Shown: positions 52,713 to 63,340 of the stretch, in pieces
Layout of the letters: each line of letters starts with the position of its first letter
How positions within the stretch are numbered: position 1 is the first letter of the stretch
Program-made: the position numbers and the translations under genes
Source: an uncultured Nitrospirales bacterium
Lineage (GTDB): Bacteria > Hydrogenedentota > Hydrogenedentia > Hydrogenedentales > SCBR16-9
Length of the DNA: 64,000 nt
Direction of reading: 5' to 3'
NCBI GenBank assembly: GCA_964537975.1
Contig: CAZIDP010000003.1
Span: forward strand, 74,182 to 138,181
Notes under the pieces: generated by a model
What the model saw: only the letters and a program-made list of their open reading frames with translations
What the model was told of the DNA's origin: nothing
Databases searched by the model: none

Positions 52713-55409
52713 ATGGATACTTCAAATATTATAAATGCTGTGTCTTTACAGTTCAAAGAGTCATATGATGCTAACCACAATTGTGTGTATCTCATTGAAC
52801 CTGCAACCGGTATGCTTCTGAAAGCCAATCAGGCCGGACACAATCGACTCCAATTCCTTTTGACATCCACTTTACCCCAAAAACACACCATAATTTTTCC
52901 TTCTGCTGTATCAAATACCATTGCATTATGCCTGGATTTGATTTTGGCCGGTGGCATTGTACGCCAGGACATGCTAGCTGTTTTTCCAAACCATCACGGT
53001 GTAAATAAAAATCATAATTTTACTTTAAGTGTTGAATCGTTTTTAGATATACCGTATCTCCTGGTTTTTGCTTGCGAATCAAATGAGCCGATAGTTTTTC
53101 AGGACATGATCAACCGTATTGAGTCGGGGAAATTTCTGCAAAATATTATTGATGGTGTAATTTTCCAAATTGCCGTACTGGATGACCTGGGACAGATTGT
53201 TAAAGTAAATAAATCCTGGATAAAATTTGCTCACACCCATGGCCTTGTGGGCGATTCTTCCTGGAAAAATATTAATTATCTGGATATTTGTAAACGCTCC
53301 TTTGATTTGGGTGATTCTGATGCTGGCGTGGTAAGAGAAGGTATCATGCGTGTGATGCAAGGAGCGGATGAGCTTTTTTATCACGAATATCCTTGTCATC
53401 ACAATGCCATTAAAATGTGGTTTTCCATGCAAGTTGGACGGTTTATCTATGATGAAAAACAATGGGTACTTATAACCCACGACGAGATCACTGCATCAAA
53501 AACGTTTGAAAGAGCACTAAAAGTTACCGAAGATCGCCTTCGAATCACGCAAGCTTTAGGAAACATTGGTGACTGGAGTTACGATCTAGACTGTCTTGAG
53601 TTGTACTGGTCAGAAAATATTTATCAAATGCTCGGATTCAATCCTGATGATGGACCGCTGCAATATGAAGAATTTCTGTCGTATTTAGAATACACAGAAG
53701 CTTCCCTCATCAAAAAATCCGTGTTCCGGGCCGCTACATTGAGTGAAGAATTCCAACACGACATCACCTTTAATAAAGTTGGGCAATTACCAGTTAACCT
53801 TCATATGGTAATTCAACCCACACTAAATACAAAGGATGGTAACGAAAACAAAGTGATGGGTATCATACAAAACATCACTTTGCGAAAACGTACGGAACAC
53901 TCATTAAAGCAGAGCCGTGAGCGATACAGGCATTTGGTTGAAGCAACAGGTGTTATTCCTTGGGAATTGGATGCAAAGAGCTGGCGCTTTCTCTATATTG
54001 GCCCGCAAATTGAAACCTTATTGGGGTATCCCCGTGAAGTTTGGTATCAGGATGAATTTTGGATTCGACACCTGCACCCAGATGATCGGAATAAGGTCAT
54101 GCAACAGTGTCTGGAGATCAGTCAAGAAGTCTCAAAACAGGAGTTTCAGTTCAGATTATTGCGTTTGAGCAATGGGATTGTCTGGGTACGCAGCCTGGTT
54201 ACCGCAATGTTGCAAGAAGATGGTTCTGTACTCTTGCGTGGAATTTTTGTTGATGTAACTAAACAGAAAGAAGCCGAAAACACCCAGATGATTGCTTCCC
54301 GACTGGAAGCAACGACAACACTCGCCGGTGGAATATCTCATGAGTTAAATAATCTTATGTCTATCATTATGGGTAATGCTTCTTTATTGCGTTCTGATTT
54401 AATCAATAACAATCCAGCACAAGAAGTGCTGTTGGAAATTGAGCAAGCTGCAATTCGTGCTGGTGACCTGGCAAAACATATGTTAGCGTACGCTCGTGGC
54501 GGCAAATATGAACCAAAACAACTCAACCTGAACCATCTGATTGCAGAATTGCTTCAATTACACCAAGGTTTGATTCCTCGTCGAATTCGTCTACTCCAAG
54601 AATTAGAACTATCATTAAATGACATCATTGCCGATACAACGCAGATGGGCATGGTGTTGATCAACTTGTTGTCAAATTCCATTGATGCTATCGAAAATAA
54701 TGGCACTATAACCATTACCACAGAAAATCGACTTATAGAAGTAGATATTGATAGTCCAGCTCACACTGGTATTTCAGGTGAATTTGTTGCTCTTGTAATA
54801 CGAGATGATGGACACGGAATGGATAATTCTATTCTTGATAGAATTTACGAGCCCTTCTTTTCTACCAAGTTCCAGGGACGAGGGTTGGGATTATCAGCGG
54901 TACATGGTGTTGTCCACAACCATGGTGGGCATATTGAGATTGCAAGCATGCCTGATCAAGGTACTGTTGTAACGCTGCTATTTCCCACAGCAATTGACAA
55001 AACGCAATTTAAGAAGCAACAGGACGATGGCCCAATTTTTGGTAACGAGAGTATTCTGGTGATTGACGATGAAGAAATGGTTGCTAACGTTACCAAGCGT
55101 ATTTTGGAGCAATTAGGCTACATGGTTTCATGTGTCTATTCTGGGGAGGCAGGAATTCAATTGCTTCGTAGTGGTAAAAAAGTTGACTTGGTCCTTTTAG
55201 ATATGGTTATGCCCAAGATGGATGGAGCAGAAACCTTCAAAGAAATTCAAAAAATATCTCCAGGGATGAAAGTAATTCTGTTCAGTGGGTACCATCAAGA
55301 TGCATTGGCTGAGTCTTTATTGGCCGCTGGATTAAAGGCATTTATTCAAAAACCGGTAAGACGCCATGATCTCGGGAAAACTATCCGTACAGTGCTTGAT
55401 TCGGATTAA
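52713..55409 (+). CDS. Hybrid sensor histidine kinase (PAS domains + HisKA/HATPase + C-terminal receiver)
   Basis: The H-box is HELNNLMSIIMGNASLL. The HATPase region contains GRGLGLSAV. The C-terminal REC is ILVIDDEEMV...DLVLLDMVMPKMDG...KP. The track start is TTG 52662 and ATG 52713 is preferred. Confidence 0.8.
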   Translation: MDTSNIINAVSLQFKESYDANHNCVYLIEPATGMLLKANQAGHNRLQFLLTSTLPQKHTIIFPSAVSNTIALCLDLILAGGIVRQDMLAVFPNHHGVNKNHNFTLSVESFLDIPYLLVFACESNEPIVFQDMINRIESGKFLQNIIDGVIFQIAVLDDLGQIVKVNKSWIKFAHTHGLVGDSSWKNINYLDICKRSFDLGDSDAGVVREGIMRVMQGADELFYHEYPCHHNAIKMWFSMQVGRFIYDEKQWVLITHDEITASKTFERALKVTEDRLRITQALGNIGDWSYDLDCLELYWSENIYQMLGFNPDDGPLQYEEFLSYLEYTEASLIKKSVFRAATLSEEFQHDITFNKVGQLPVNLHMVIQPTLNTKDGNENKVMGIIQNITLRKRTEHSLKQSRERYRHLVEATGVIPWELDAKSWRFLYIGPQIETLLGYPREVWYQDEFWIRHLHPDDRNKVMQQCLEISQEVSKQEFQFRLLRLSNGIVWVRSLVTAMLQEDGSVLLRGIFVDVTKQKEAENTQMIASRLEATTTLAGGISHELNNLMSIIMGNASLLRSDLINNNPAQEVLLEIEQAAIRAGDLAKHMLAYARGGKYEPKQLNLNHLIAELLQLHQGLIPRRIRLLQELELSLNDIIADTTQMGMVLINLLSNSIDAIENNGTITITTENRLIEVDIDSPAHTGISGEFVALVIRDDGHGMDNSILDRIYEPFFSTKFQGRGLGLSAVHGVVHNHGGHIEIASMPDQGTVVTLLFPTAIDKTQFKKQQDDGPIFGNESILVIDDEEMVANVTKRILEQLGYMVSCVYSGEAGIQLLRSGKKVDLVLLDMVMPKMDGAETFKEIQKISPGMKVILFSGYHQDALAESLLAAGLKAFIQKPVRRHDLGKTIRTVLDSD

Positions 55410-55755
55410 CAAGCATAAATAACAAAGCCAAACAGCTATTTTTATTGCTACTTCAATTCGGGTGTTCTCTTAAGCAACACTCTGTCGTCATTTATTTTCA
55501 TGAAAAACCCATGATTTTAGGCTCATTGTGTGAACGCAAATATCAAACCTTACATATATGATAATGATTGTAATATATAATTTGATTATTTGGTTCTCAA
55601 TTAGTTAAAATGATAACATTCAAAACAAAGCTGTTACATAATCTGTGTTTGGCAATTTCGTGTCACTTGTTGGATTAATTACTTTTTTGACAAATTTTCT
55701 GACAGATAAATTGTGATTTAGCAGCATATCTAATTTAATGGAAGGATTTTCAGTT

Positions 55756-56688
55756 ATGCGCGTCTTCGAAGATAACAGTTACAGTATTGGTAAAACACCG
55801 TTGGTCAAGTTGTCCAAACTTGCAGCTGGATTGAAAACAGATAAGGTCTATGCGAAAATTGAAGGACGCAATCCCGCTTATTCAGTGAAATGCCGTATTG
55901 GTGCTGCCATGATTTGGGATGCTGAACAAAAAGGTATCTTAAAACCGGGAGGAACTATTATTGAACCTACTTCTGGTAATACTGGCATAGCATTGGCATT
56001 TGTTGCTGCATCACGTGGCTACAAATTGATATTAACCATGCCGGAAACCATGAGTCTTGAACGCCGTAATATGTTGAAGGCATTTGGCGCAGACCTGATC
56101 TTGACACCTGGAGATAAAGGGATGCCCGGTGCTATTGCTGAAGCGGAGTCCATTGCCAAAGCCAATCCGTCCTATTATCTCCCTCAACAATTCAAAAACC
56201 CGGCAAACCCGGAAATTCACTTCAACACAACGGGACCAGAAATATGGGAAGACACCGATGGTTCTATTGATGTATTGGTAGCTGGTGTTGGTACCGGTGG
56301 CACAATAACAGGTATTAGTAAATTTATCAAAGGTGAAAAAGGCAAAGCAATTGAAAGCGTTGCGGTAGAACCAGCCAACTCTCCTGTGCTTTCTGGTGGT
56401 TCCCCCGGAAAACATAAAATCCAGGGAATTGGTGCCGGTTTCAAACCAGATATTCTAGACATGAGCATTGTTGACAAGGTGGAAACTGTAACAGACGATG
56501 AGGCACTTGACATGGCACGTCGTCTGGCAAAAGAAGAAGGTATCATCAGTGGCATCAGTTGTGGTGCTGCAGCGTCTGTAGCATTACGCTTGGCATCACA
56601 AGATGAATATTCAGGCAGAACCATTGTAGTTATTTTGCCCGACTCTGGTGAACGCTATTTGTCTACCCCACTTTTTCAAAACAGTTAA
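55756..56688 (+). CDS. cysK: Cysteine synthase A (O-acetylserine sulfhydrylase)
   Basis: The PLP-Lys region is [16 protein letters not shown], with glycine-rich loops [10 protein letters not shown]. The GGAAGGA RBS sits 8 nt before the second ATG, so the start was set at 55756. Confidence 0.9.
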   Translation: MRVFEDNSYSIGKTPLVKLSKLAAGLKTDKVYAKIEGRNPAYSVKCRIGAAMIWDAEQKGILKPGGTIIEPTSGNTGIALAFVAASRGYKLILTMPETMSLERRNMLKAFGADLILTPGDKGMPGAIAEAESIAKANPSYYLPQQFKNPANPEIHFNTTGPEIWEDTDGSIDVLVAGVGTGGTITGISKFIKGEKGKAIESVAVEPANSPVLSGGSPGKHKIQGIGAGFKPDILDMSIVDKVETVTDDEALDMARRLAKEEGIISGISCGAAASVALRLASQDEYSGRTIVVILPDSGERYLSTPLFQNS

Positions 56689-56720
56689 GTACCCATTTTT
56701 TAAGACAATAACGAATTATT

Positions 56721-56769
56721 ATTCGGGATAACCCCAGACTATATAGTTTGATGTTTATCCCGAATTTTT
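56721..56769 (+). terminator. Rho-independent terminator after cysK
   Basis: An 11-bp stem, attcgggataa / ttatcccgaat, has a ~23-nt loop and is followed by TTTTTA. Confidence 0.4.
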
Positions 56770-56841
56770 AATAGGGTAGTGTTTTTTACGGAGGCAAATT
56801 TCCAGTTAGAATGCTGATTACTGTGCCATGTGCATATCTAA

Positions 56842-58200
<1,359 letters not shown>

Positions 58201-58328
58201 TCGATTTCATAATTTGTTTTATCATTTTAAATTACTGGTTTGTTATAAATGAACAGGTCAATTCGTTTTTAACTTTTGGCCTGTTCCATGTTTCTATAAT
58301 CTGTTCGTATTAAGGAGTAAAGCCCTTC

Positions 58329-60140
58329 ATGACTGAAGAAGGTTCGGTAGGACTGGTTGAAGCGCAATTTTATACCTTCGCGCATCCCCCCCATGCACTT
58401 CAACTGGAAAGTGGTTCCAATCTAGGGCCTATTACATTGGCATATGAGACCTATGGTGAACTGAATGAAGCTAAAGATAATGCCATTTTAATCACCCATG
58501 CTTTGTCTGGTGATGCCCATGTTGCCGGTAGGCATACAGCAAATGACAGAAAACCGGGCTGGTGGGATTCCATGATAGGCCCCGGAAAAGCTTTTGATAC
58601 CAACAAGTACTTTGTCTTTTGTTCGAATGTCATTGGTGGATGCCAGGGCTCAACTGGCCCTTCCTCTATAAATCCAGTATCAGGAAAACCGTATGGACTT
58701 GACTTTCCCATCATAACAATCCATGACATGGTCAAAGCACAAACAACGCTTATGGAGCATTTGGGAATCACGCAACTGTTATGTGTTGCCGGAGGTTCAA
58801 TGGGAGGTATGCAGGCGCTGGAATGGGCAGTGCATTATCCTGATTTGGTGAAATCCGTGATGATTATCGCTTCCACCCATCTGAGCGGTGCCCAGCAGAT
58901 AGCTTTTGATGCTGTAGGTCGAAATGCCATACAGGCTGATACAAATTTTAATAACGGGCAATACTATAATGGTGAAATGCCTGTGCGAGGTTTGGCCATT
59001 GCCCGTATGCTGGCACATATTACGTACTTGTCTGATCAATCGATGCGAACCAAATTTGGCCGCACATTACGTGAAAACGCTGCTTTTCATTATGATTTTG
59101 ACAGCGAGTTTTCTGTAGAAACCTATCTGGATTATCAGGGGCAACAATTTGTAAACAGGTTTGATGCCAACACGTATTTATATGTAACGAAAGCAATAGA
59201 CTATTTTGATATATCTTCAGGCTATGCGTCACTGGACGGTGCTTTATCTAACGTTAAGTGCAAATCATTTGTGCTTGCCTTTTCTTCTGACTGGTTATAT
59301 CCCCCCTATTTTTCCGAAGAAATTGCATACAGTCTTGCACGCCAAAAAAAAGAAGTCAGTTACTGCAACGTAGAGTCTGATTATGGTCATGATGCCTTTT
59401 TACTGGAAGTTGATGTAATGAAGAAACTCATTTCCGGATATCTTGCCCATACCAAAAACCCGGATTTGGTACACACGCAGTTTCTTGAGGAAGACTCTGA
59501 AGCAGATGATGGTCCACCACGAGCCTCGGAAGAAAATATTTATCGTGGTCACCGTGTGGACTATGAGATGATTGTGGACTTGGTACCAAAATCAAGCCGA
59601 GTGCTTGATATTGGATGTGGCGATGGGGAGTTATTATGTCGGTTGATTGCTAAAAAAAATGTTCAAGCGCTAGGACTGGAGCTCTCCCAAGGTAACATCG
59701 TAAGTTGCGTCAGGCGTGGTATTCAAGTGATTCAGGCTGATATAGATGAAGGTTTAAGTGCTTTGCCGGATTATAGCTTTGACGTAGTAATTTTAAGCAT
59801 GACACTGCAGGTTATCAGCAAGCCAGAATTGGTACTCAAGGAAATGTTGCGTGTCGGCAAAAAGTGTATTATCAGTTTTCCGAACTTCGGGCACTGGAAA
59901 GTCCGTGTTAATACATTCTTTAAGGGGCAAGCGCCTGTTACCAGGAATCTACCTTATGCCTGGTATCAATCACCCAACAGGCATGTATTATCCATCAAAG
60001 ACTTTCGGAAGTTTTGTGAACAATTATCCATTAAAATAGAAAAAGAAATACCGTTATACAGTCAAGGCGAAGCAAAAACACTTGTTAACTTGTTTGCCGA
60101 AGAAGCGGTATATGTAGTGAGCGCTGAGAACAACAAATAA
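58329..60140 (+). CDS. metX: Homoserine O-acetyltransferase fused to MetW-like methyltransferase-fold domain (MetX-MetW fusion)
   Basis: N-terminal ~380 aa is MetX with the nucleophile elbow GGSMGGMQAL. C-terminal ~200 aa is MetW-like with a SAM-MTase-fold G-rich motif (VLDIGCGDGELL). Confidence 0.8.
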   Translation: MTEEGSVGLVEAQFYTFAHPPHALQLESGSNLGPITLAYETYGELNEAKDNAILITHALSGDAHVAGRHTANDRKPGWWDSMIGPGKAFDTNKYFVFCSNVIGGCQGSTGPSSINPVSGKPYGLDFPIITIHDMVKAQTTLMEHLGITQLLCVAGGSMGGMQALEWAVHYPDLVKSVMIIASTHLSGAQQIAFDAVGRNAIQADTNFNNGQYYNGEMPVRGLAIARMLAHITYLSDQSMRTKFGRTLRENAAFHYDFDSEFSVETYLDYQGQQFVNRFDANTYLYVTKAIDYFDISSGYASLDGALSNVKCKSFVLAFSSDWLYPPYFSEEIAYSLARQKKEVSYCNVESDYGHDAFLLEVDVMKKLISGYLAHTKNPDLVHTQFLEEDSEADDGPPRASEENIYRGHRVDYEMIVDLVPKSSRVLDIGCGDGELLCRLIAKKNVQALGLELSQGNIVSCVRRGIQVIQADIDEGLSALPDYSFDVVILSMTLQVISKPELVLKEMLRVGKKCIISFPNFGHWKVRVNTFFKGQAPVTRNLPYAWYQSPNRHVLSIKDFRKFCEQLSIKIEKEIPLYSQGEAKTLVNLFAEEAVYVVSAENNK

Positions 60141-60168
60141 GTACTATTTGATTATGTACAAATAAGGA

Positions 60169-60494
60169 AAGAACTACGGCTGCGCATCGGACTTCATCTT
60201 GCTACCCGACTGCGCGGCAACCTTCTCTTGTCAATCCCGAAGCCTCCCGCCATTTCCTTGTAGAAGGAAATCCAGTACGAAACGATCCTTGGTCACACTT
60301 TGCTCTCCCGCTGTATACACCTCTGCGTGGGTATGACGGTGTAGGTGCGAATGACGGTTTTCGTGGACTTGATTGATAGCGGTGCGCAATCGAAGGAGCG
60401 TGGCGTAGTAGGCATACCGTTACCTGTTTCTATCGCGGAGCGATTACAGCACCGTAGCGCGGGGTAAGGCCAACGGCCGCCACCCCGGGACTAC
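60169..60494. other. GC-rich ORF-free island, candidate structured/stable RNA of unknown class
   Basis: ~325 bp that is markedly more GC-rich than its surroundings, with no ORF of 60 aa or more on either strand. Multiple local stems are visible (e.g. GCTGCGCATCGG...CCGACTGCGCGGC, GGCCGTTGGCC). It abuts the 3' side of tRNA-Ala. Confidence 0.3.
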
Positions 60495-60561
60495 TTTTAT
60501 CAATCACTTCATAGTTTGTATTCAAAAGAAACCAATAAAATGCATGAAATTATAACAGAAT

Positions 60562-60637
60562 TGGTGGAGCAGAGGGGGATCGAACCCCTGACCTCCGCAA
60601 TGCGACTGCGGCGCTCTCCCAGCTGAGCTACTGCCCC
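60562..60637 (-). tRNA. tRNA-Ala (anticodon CGC), CCA encoded
   Basis: Reverse complement is GGGGCAGTAGCTCAGCTGGGAGAGCGCCGCAGTCGCATTGCGGAGGTCAGGGGTTCGATCCCCCTCTGCTCCACCA. The cloverleaf folds. The G3-U70 Ala identity pair is present. The anticodon loop is GTCGCAT. Confidence 0.9.
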
Positions 60638-60759
60638 TTTTTTAATGGTGGGTGTTACAAAATCATAGCAATATAACGTCTGTGATGTCAATAATTAATA
60701 TCGATATCATACCAAACCATAAATTTACAAACAGGTTTTGGTGATTACTTTTTAGCCTC

Positions 60760-60856
60760 GTGAGACAAACCTACATGTCTGCAATGAGCCTTCATAAATA
60801 TATATGAAGCTTGTATCTGTCAGGTATACTGACAAATCCACGTAGGTTTGTCTCAC
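60760..60856. repeat. 97-bp hairpin element: 18-bp terminal inverted repeats with internal palindromes
   Basis: gtgagacaaacctacatg (60760-60777) pairs with cacgtaggtttgtctcac (60839-60856), 17/18 bp. Inside is a perfect palindrome tgtcaggtatactgaca (60818-60834) and an AT palindrome ttcataaatatatatgaag. Confidence 0.6.
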
Positions 60857-60953
60857 TTCAGGAGAGGAGAGAAGAACGATTGTATTATATTATAGACTAA
60901 AATGGCTGAATCGCAGTTTCTGCTAGCCAAATAATAACCATAACTCAATTTAG

Positions 60954-61051
60954 GCAGCGAGCCCATAACACCCACTGGCTGCAGGTACTCTTTGGGGAAG
61001 GAGTGATGCTAGGCAGATTAAAATCCACCGTCAATGCTACAGACTCGCTGC
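60954..61051. repeat. ~98-bp hairpin-bounded element, copy 1 of a paralogous pair (44-bp conserved core)
   Basis: Flanking inverted repeat is gcagcgagc / ctcgctgc. The core is ctggctgcaggtactctttggggaaggagtgatgctaggcagat (60975-61018). Confidence 0.55.
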
Positions 61052-61133
61052 TGTTGAGGAGAGAAGAGAAGTTTGTGTAAATAATATTTATAATAAAGCC
61101 TTTATAGACTCCACGGTAAACAAAATCAAAAAA

Positions 61134-61229
61134 GGAGACGAACCCACGAATAATACCGGCTGCAGGTACTCTTGGGGAAGGAGTGATGTGAGGCAGATGC
61201 TTTACCATGTTCATCGTAAATTCGTCTCC
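61134..61229. repeat. ~96-bp hairpin-bounded element, copy 2 of the paralogous pair
   Basis: Flanking 9/9 inverted repeat is ggagacgaa / ttcgtctcc. The core is ccggctgcaggtactcttggggaaggagtgatgtgaggcagat (61156-61198), ~93% identical to copy 1. Confidence 0.55.
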
Positions 61230-61313
61230 CATAGAAAGGGCATTTTTTATCCTATTGGTATCACTAATTTTTATTAGTGCTTATATTGTTAATTATAATA
61301 ATTACTTTAGTTG

Positions 61314-62588
61314 CTAATATCCTATCGCTGCAATTTCATTGAACATAATGTCCGCCTGAGAATGTATTTTTTCTGGAATTAATTTGATGTGTAAAATTCT
61401 TGCATTCAACAGTGCATCGTTGTCAGGCATCTGAACATCAATTTCACGACGTGATGTATTCTGAAAAATCTCCTTTGATAAATACTTTTTAAATACAGGT
61501 TCCATCCGATCATCAGCTACATACACATGGTAGCCACCATCAATCGTTCCTGATTCGCTGTCGCTCCATCGAAGCCGTATTGCTTTAATCCGGTGGTTTT
61601 GGGTGTCAACTACAAAAACCTGGTCAGCTTGTACAATCACACTGTTAAGTGGTACTAATGATGCTTTAAATGAAGCTTCGGAAGCAGCATCTGGGAGCAA
61701 ATTTTTGGCCCACAGACCGATTGTTTCACTGTTTTCGACATTATCACGCTCAAATGGTGTATTTAAAGATAGTTTTGCACGATCACCTGCTCTTAACACA
61801 GCAAAAGTAACATCATTTTCAACCTGCACTTCACCATGTTCAACGGTAACCATGGTTTCATCATTTCCAACTGCTACTTCAAAGCGGGTACCAAAAACCA
61901 TGATTCGTCCGGTTGGTGTATAAACTTGAAAATAGCGGTCTTCTGGGCTTACGTCCAACCAAACCCTGCCCGACTCCACTGTTATTTGGCGGGAATCTTC
62001 AATTTTTATGCGTGTAGACACGTCCAATGAAATATTGGTTGGTCCCACAAGAGCGATTATCAATCCTGATTCTGTACCTGTTTCAAAACGGTCTGCCTCG
62101 TTGACCCATTGCTCCAAACGTGCTGTACGCCTGACTGAGTCAATGTCGCGACTCCACACTACATCACCATGTGTTTGCAACACCATACCAACAACACGAT
62201 TTGATATAAAATCATCATTTGGCCATGCGTAATATAATGCCAGCCCAAAAATTAGCAGCAGCACTGGAACAAATACTGGTAACAACTGAAAAAATCGTTG
62301 AGATATCCTGTGAGGATTTTTAGTGCGCCAGGTAGTTTCATTTGCCAAAGACTGTGTCATATCCATATCAGGTAAATGACCCAACACTTGTGGTGTAAAA
62401 TCCCTGTGTAACCGTTTGTCTTGCAATGCTTCAAACAACAATACTGCCGTCTTCTTTTGCTGTTGGAGCAGCGTTTCGCATACCCTGCATTCCGCAAGAT
62501 GTTGTTCTAAAATCAGCTTTTCAGTATTGCCCAGCTCATTGTCGAGATATGACTGTAACCAATTTTCTATTTGTCTGCACGATGCCAT
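61314..62588 (-). CDS. Anti-sigma factor (zinc-finger N-terminus, single TM, large extracytoplasmic domain)
   Basis: The N-terminal HLAECRVCE is a zf-HC2 anti-sigma motif. A TM helix is present (LLPVFVPVLLLIFGLALYYAW). It overlaps the upstream ECF sigma gene by 22 nt. Confidence 0.7.
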   Translation of the reverse strand: MASCRQIENWLQSYLDNELGNTEKLILEQHLAECRVCETLLQQQKKTAVLLFEALQDKRLHRDFTPQVLGHLPDMDMTQSLANETTWRTKNPHRISQRFFQLLPVFVPVLLLIFGLALYYAWPNDDFISNRVVGMVLQTHGDVVWSRDIDSVRRTARLEQWVNEADRFETGTESGLIIALVGPTNISLDVSTRIKIEDSRQITVESGRVWLDVSPEDRYFQVYTPTGRIMVFGTRFEVAVGNDETMVTVEHGEVQVENDVTFAVLRAGDRAKLSLNTPFERDNVENSETIGLWAKNLLPDAASEASFKASLVPLNSVIVQADQVFVVDTQNHRIKAIRLRWSDSESGTIDGGYHVYVADDRMEPVFKKYLSKEIFQNTSRREIDVQMPDNDALLNARILHIKLIPEKIHSQADIMFNEIAAIGY

Positions 62589-63163
62589 TGGGCATCTCCC
62601 TCACTTTCGTCTAAATCCGCCAACATAGTGCGTAATTGTCGAGAAGCTCGATGAAGAACCCCACGGACTTCGTCAACGGATTCTCCGGTAAATTGGCTGA
62701 TTTCTTCGTAACTCAATTCCTGCATATACCGTAGAATCACCGGTAGACGATACCGCTCGGGTAGCGCATCAATGGCGAGCTGTACCTGTTCGTACCTCTC
62801 CTTGCTTTCAAGTTGTTTCTTTGGGCCTTGACGAACATCTTCTATTGATATCTTGATACGATGTGGTAATGGCGTTTCTGAACGCATTCTCGGTCCGTTT
62901 CGACGTAGCCAATTTGCTGCATTACGTGTCGTCACTTCTTTCAGCCAGGCTCCAAAACGATCTGGTTCTTTGAGTCTGGGCATACTACGATATGCTGCCC
63001 AGAATGCATCCTGAACTACGTCTTCAGCACCACCAAATCGGCCAGTATAGTAATAGGCCGTGGCATATACCGCTGACTGGTAACGTCTGACGAGGATACC
63101 AAATGCTTCCGTATCACCTTCAAGGCACCGAATCACCAACTCTTTGTCTGTTTCGTGGTGCAT
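62567..63163 (-). CDS. ECF (sigma-70 family) RNA polymerase sigma factor
   Basis: 198 aa. Region 2 is DVVQDAFWAAYR and region 4 HTH is LSYEEISQFTGESVDEVRGVLHRASRQLR. Confidence 0.85.
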   Translation of the reverse strand: MHHETDKELVIRCLEGDTEAFGILVRRYQSAVYATAYYYTGRFGGAEDVVQDAFWAAYRSMPRLKEPDRFGAWLKEVTTRNAANWLRRNGPRMRSETPLPHRIKISIEDVRQGPKKQLESKERYEQVQLAIDALPERYRLPVILRYMQELSYEEISQFTGESVDEVRGVLHRASRQLRTMLADLDESEGDAQWHRADK

Positions 63164-63340
63164 GGCGTTCCTTCCCCAGATTACGCCAAAAAATTTCGGT
63201 GATTTAAATTATGATTCAATTTTAATTCGTACCTGAGTATTACTTCTGCACTCGCTTGAAGATATAGTGGTATGAAAAAGAATTAAATGCATGAAGTGCT
63301 CCATTATGGAGCAGAGCTGGGCTTGAATTCTATATCAGCT

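Noticed and set aside
60169-60494. Identification of the GC-rich island as RNase P RNA, tmRNA, SRP RNA or a cobalamin riboswitch
   Set aside because: I looked for the P4/CR-I/CR-V motifs, the tmRNA tag ORF and CCA end, SRP domain IV (AGGAAGCAGCC-like) and the B12 box on both strands. None was recognised. It is left as unknown rather than forcing a class.
60509-60691. 60-aa ORF
   Set aside because: It lies entirely over the tRNA-Ala gene on the same strand, so it is an artefact of the tRNA sequence.
60975-61198. Possible CRISPR array (repeated 44-bp unit)
   Set aside because: There are only two copies, imperfect and ~180 bp apart. Each is embedded in its own hairpin unit, and there are no cas genes or a leader.
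60945-61232. 95-aa ORF spanning the paired 44-bp repeats
   Set aside because: Its internal duplicated peptide (ITPSP...) is produced by the DNA direct repeats. It is more likely non-coding repeat or structured-RNA territory.
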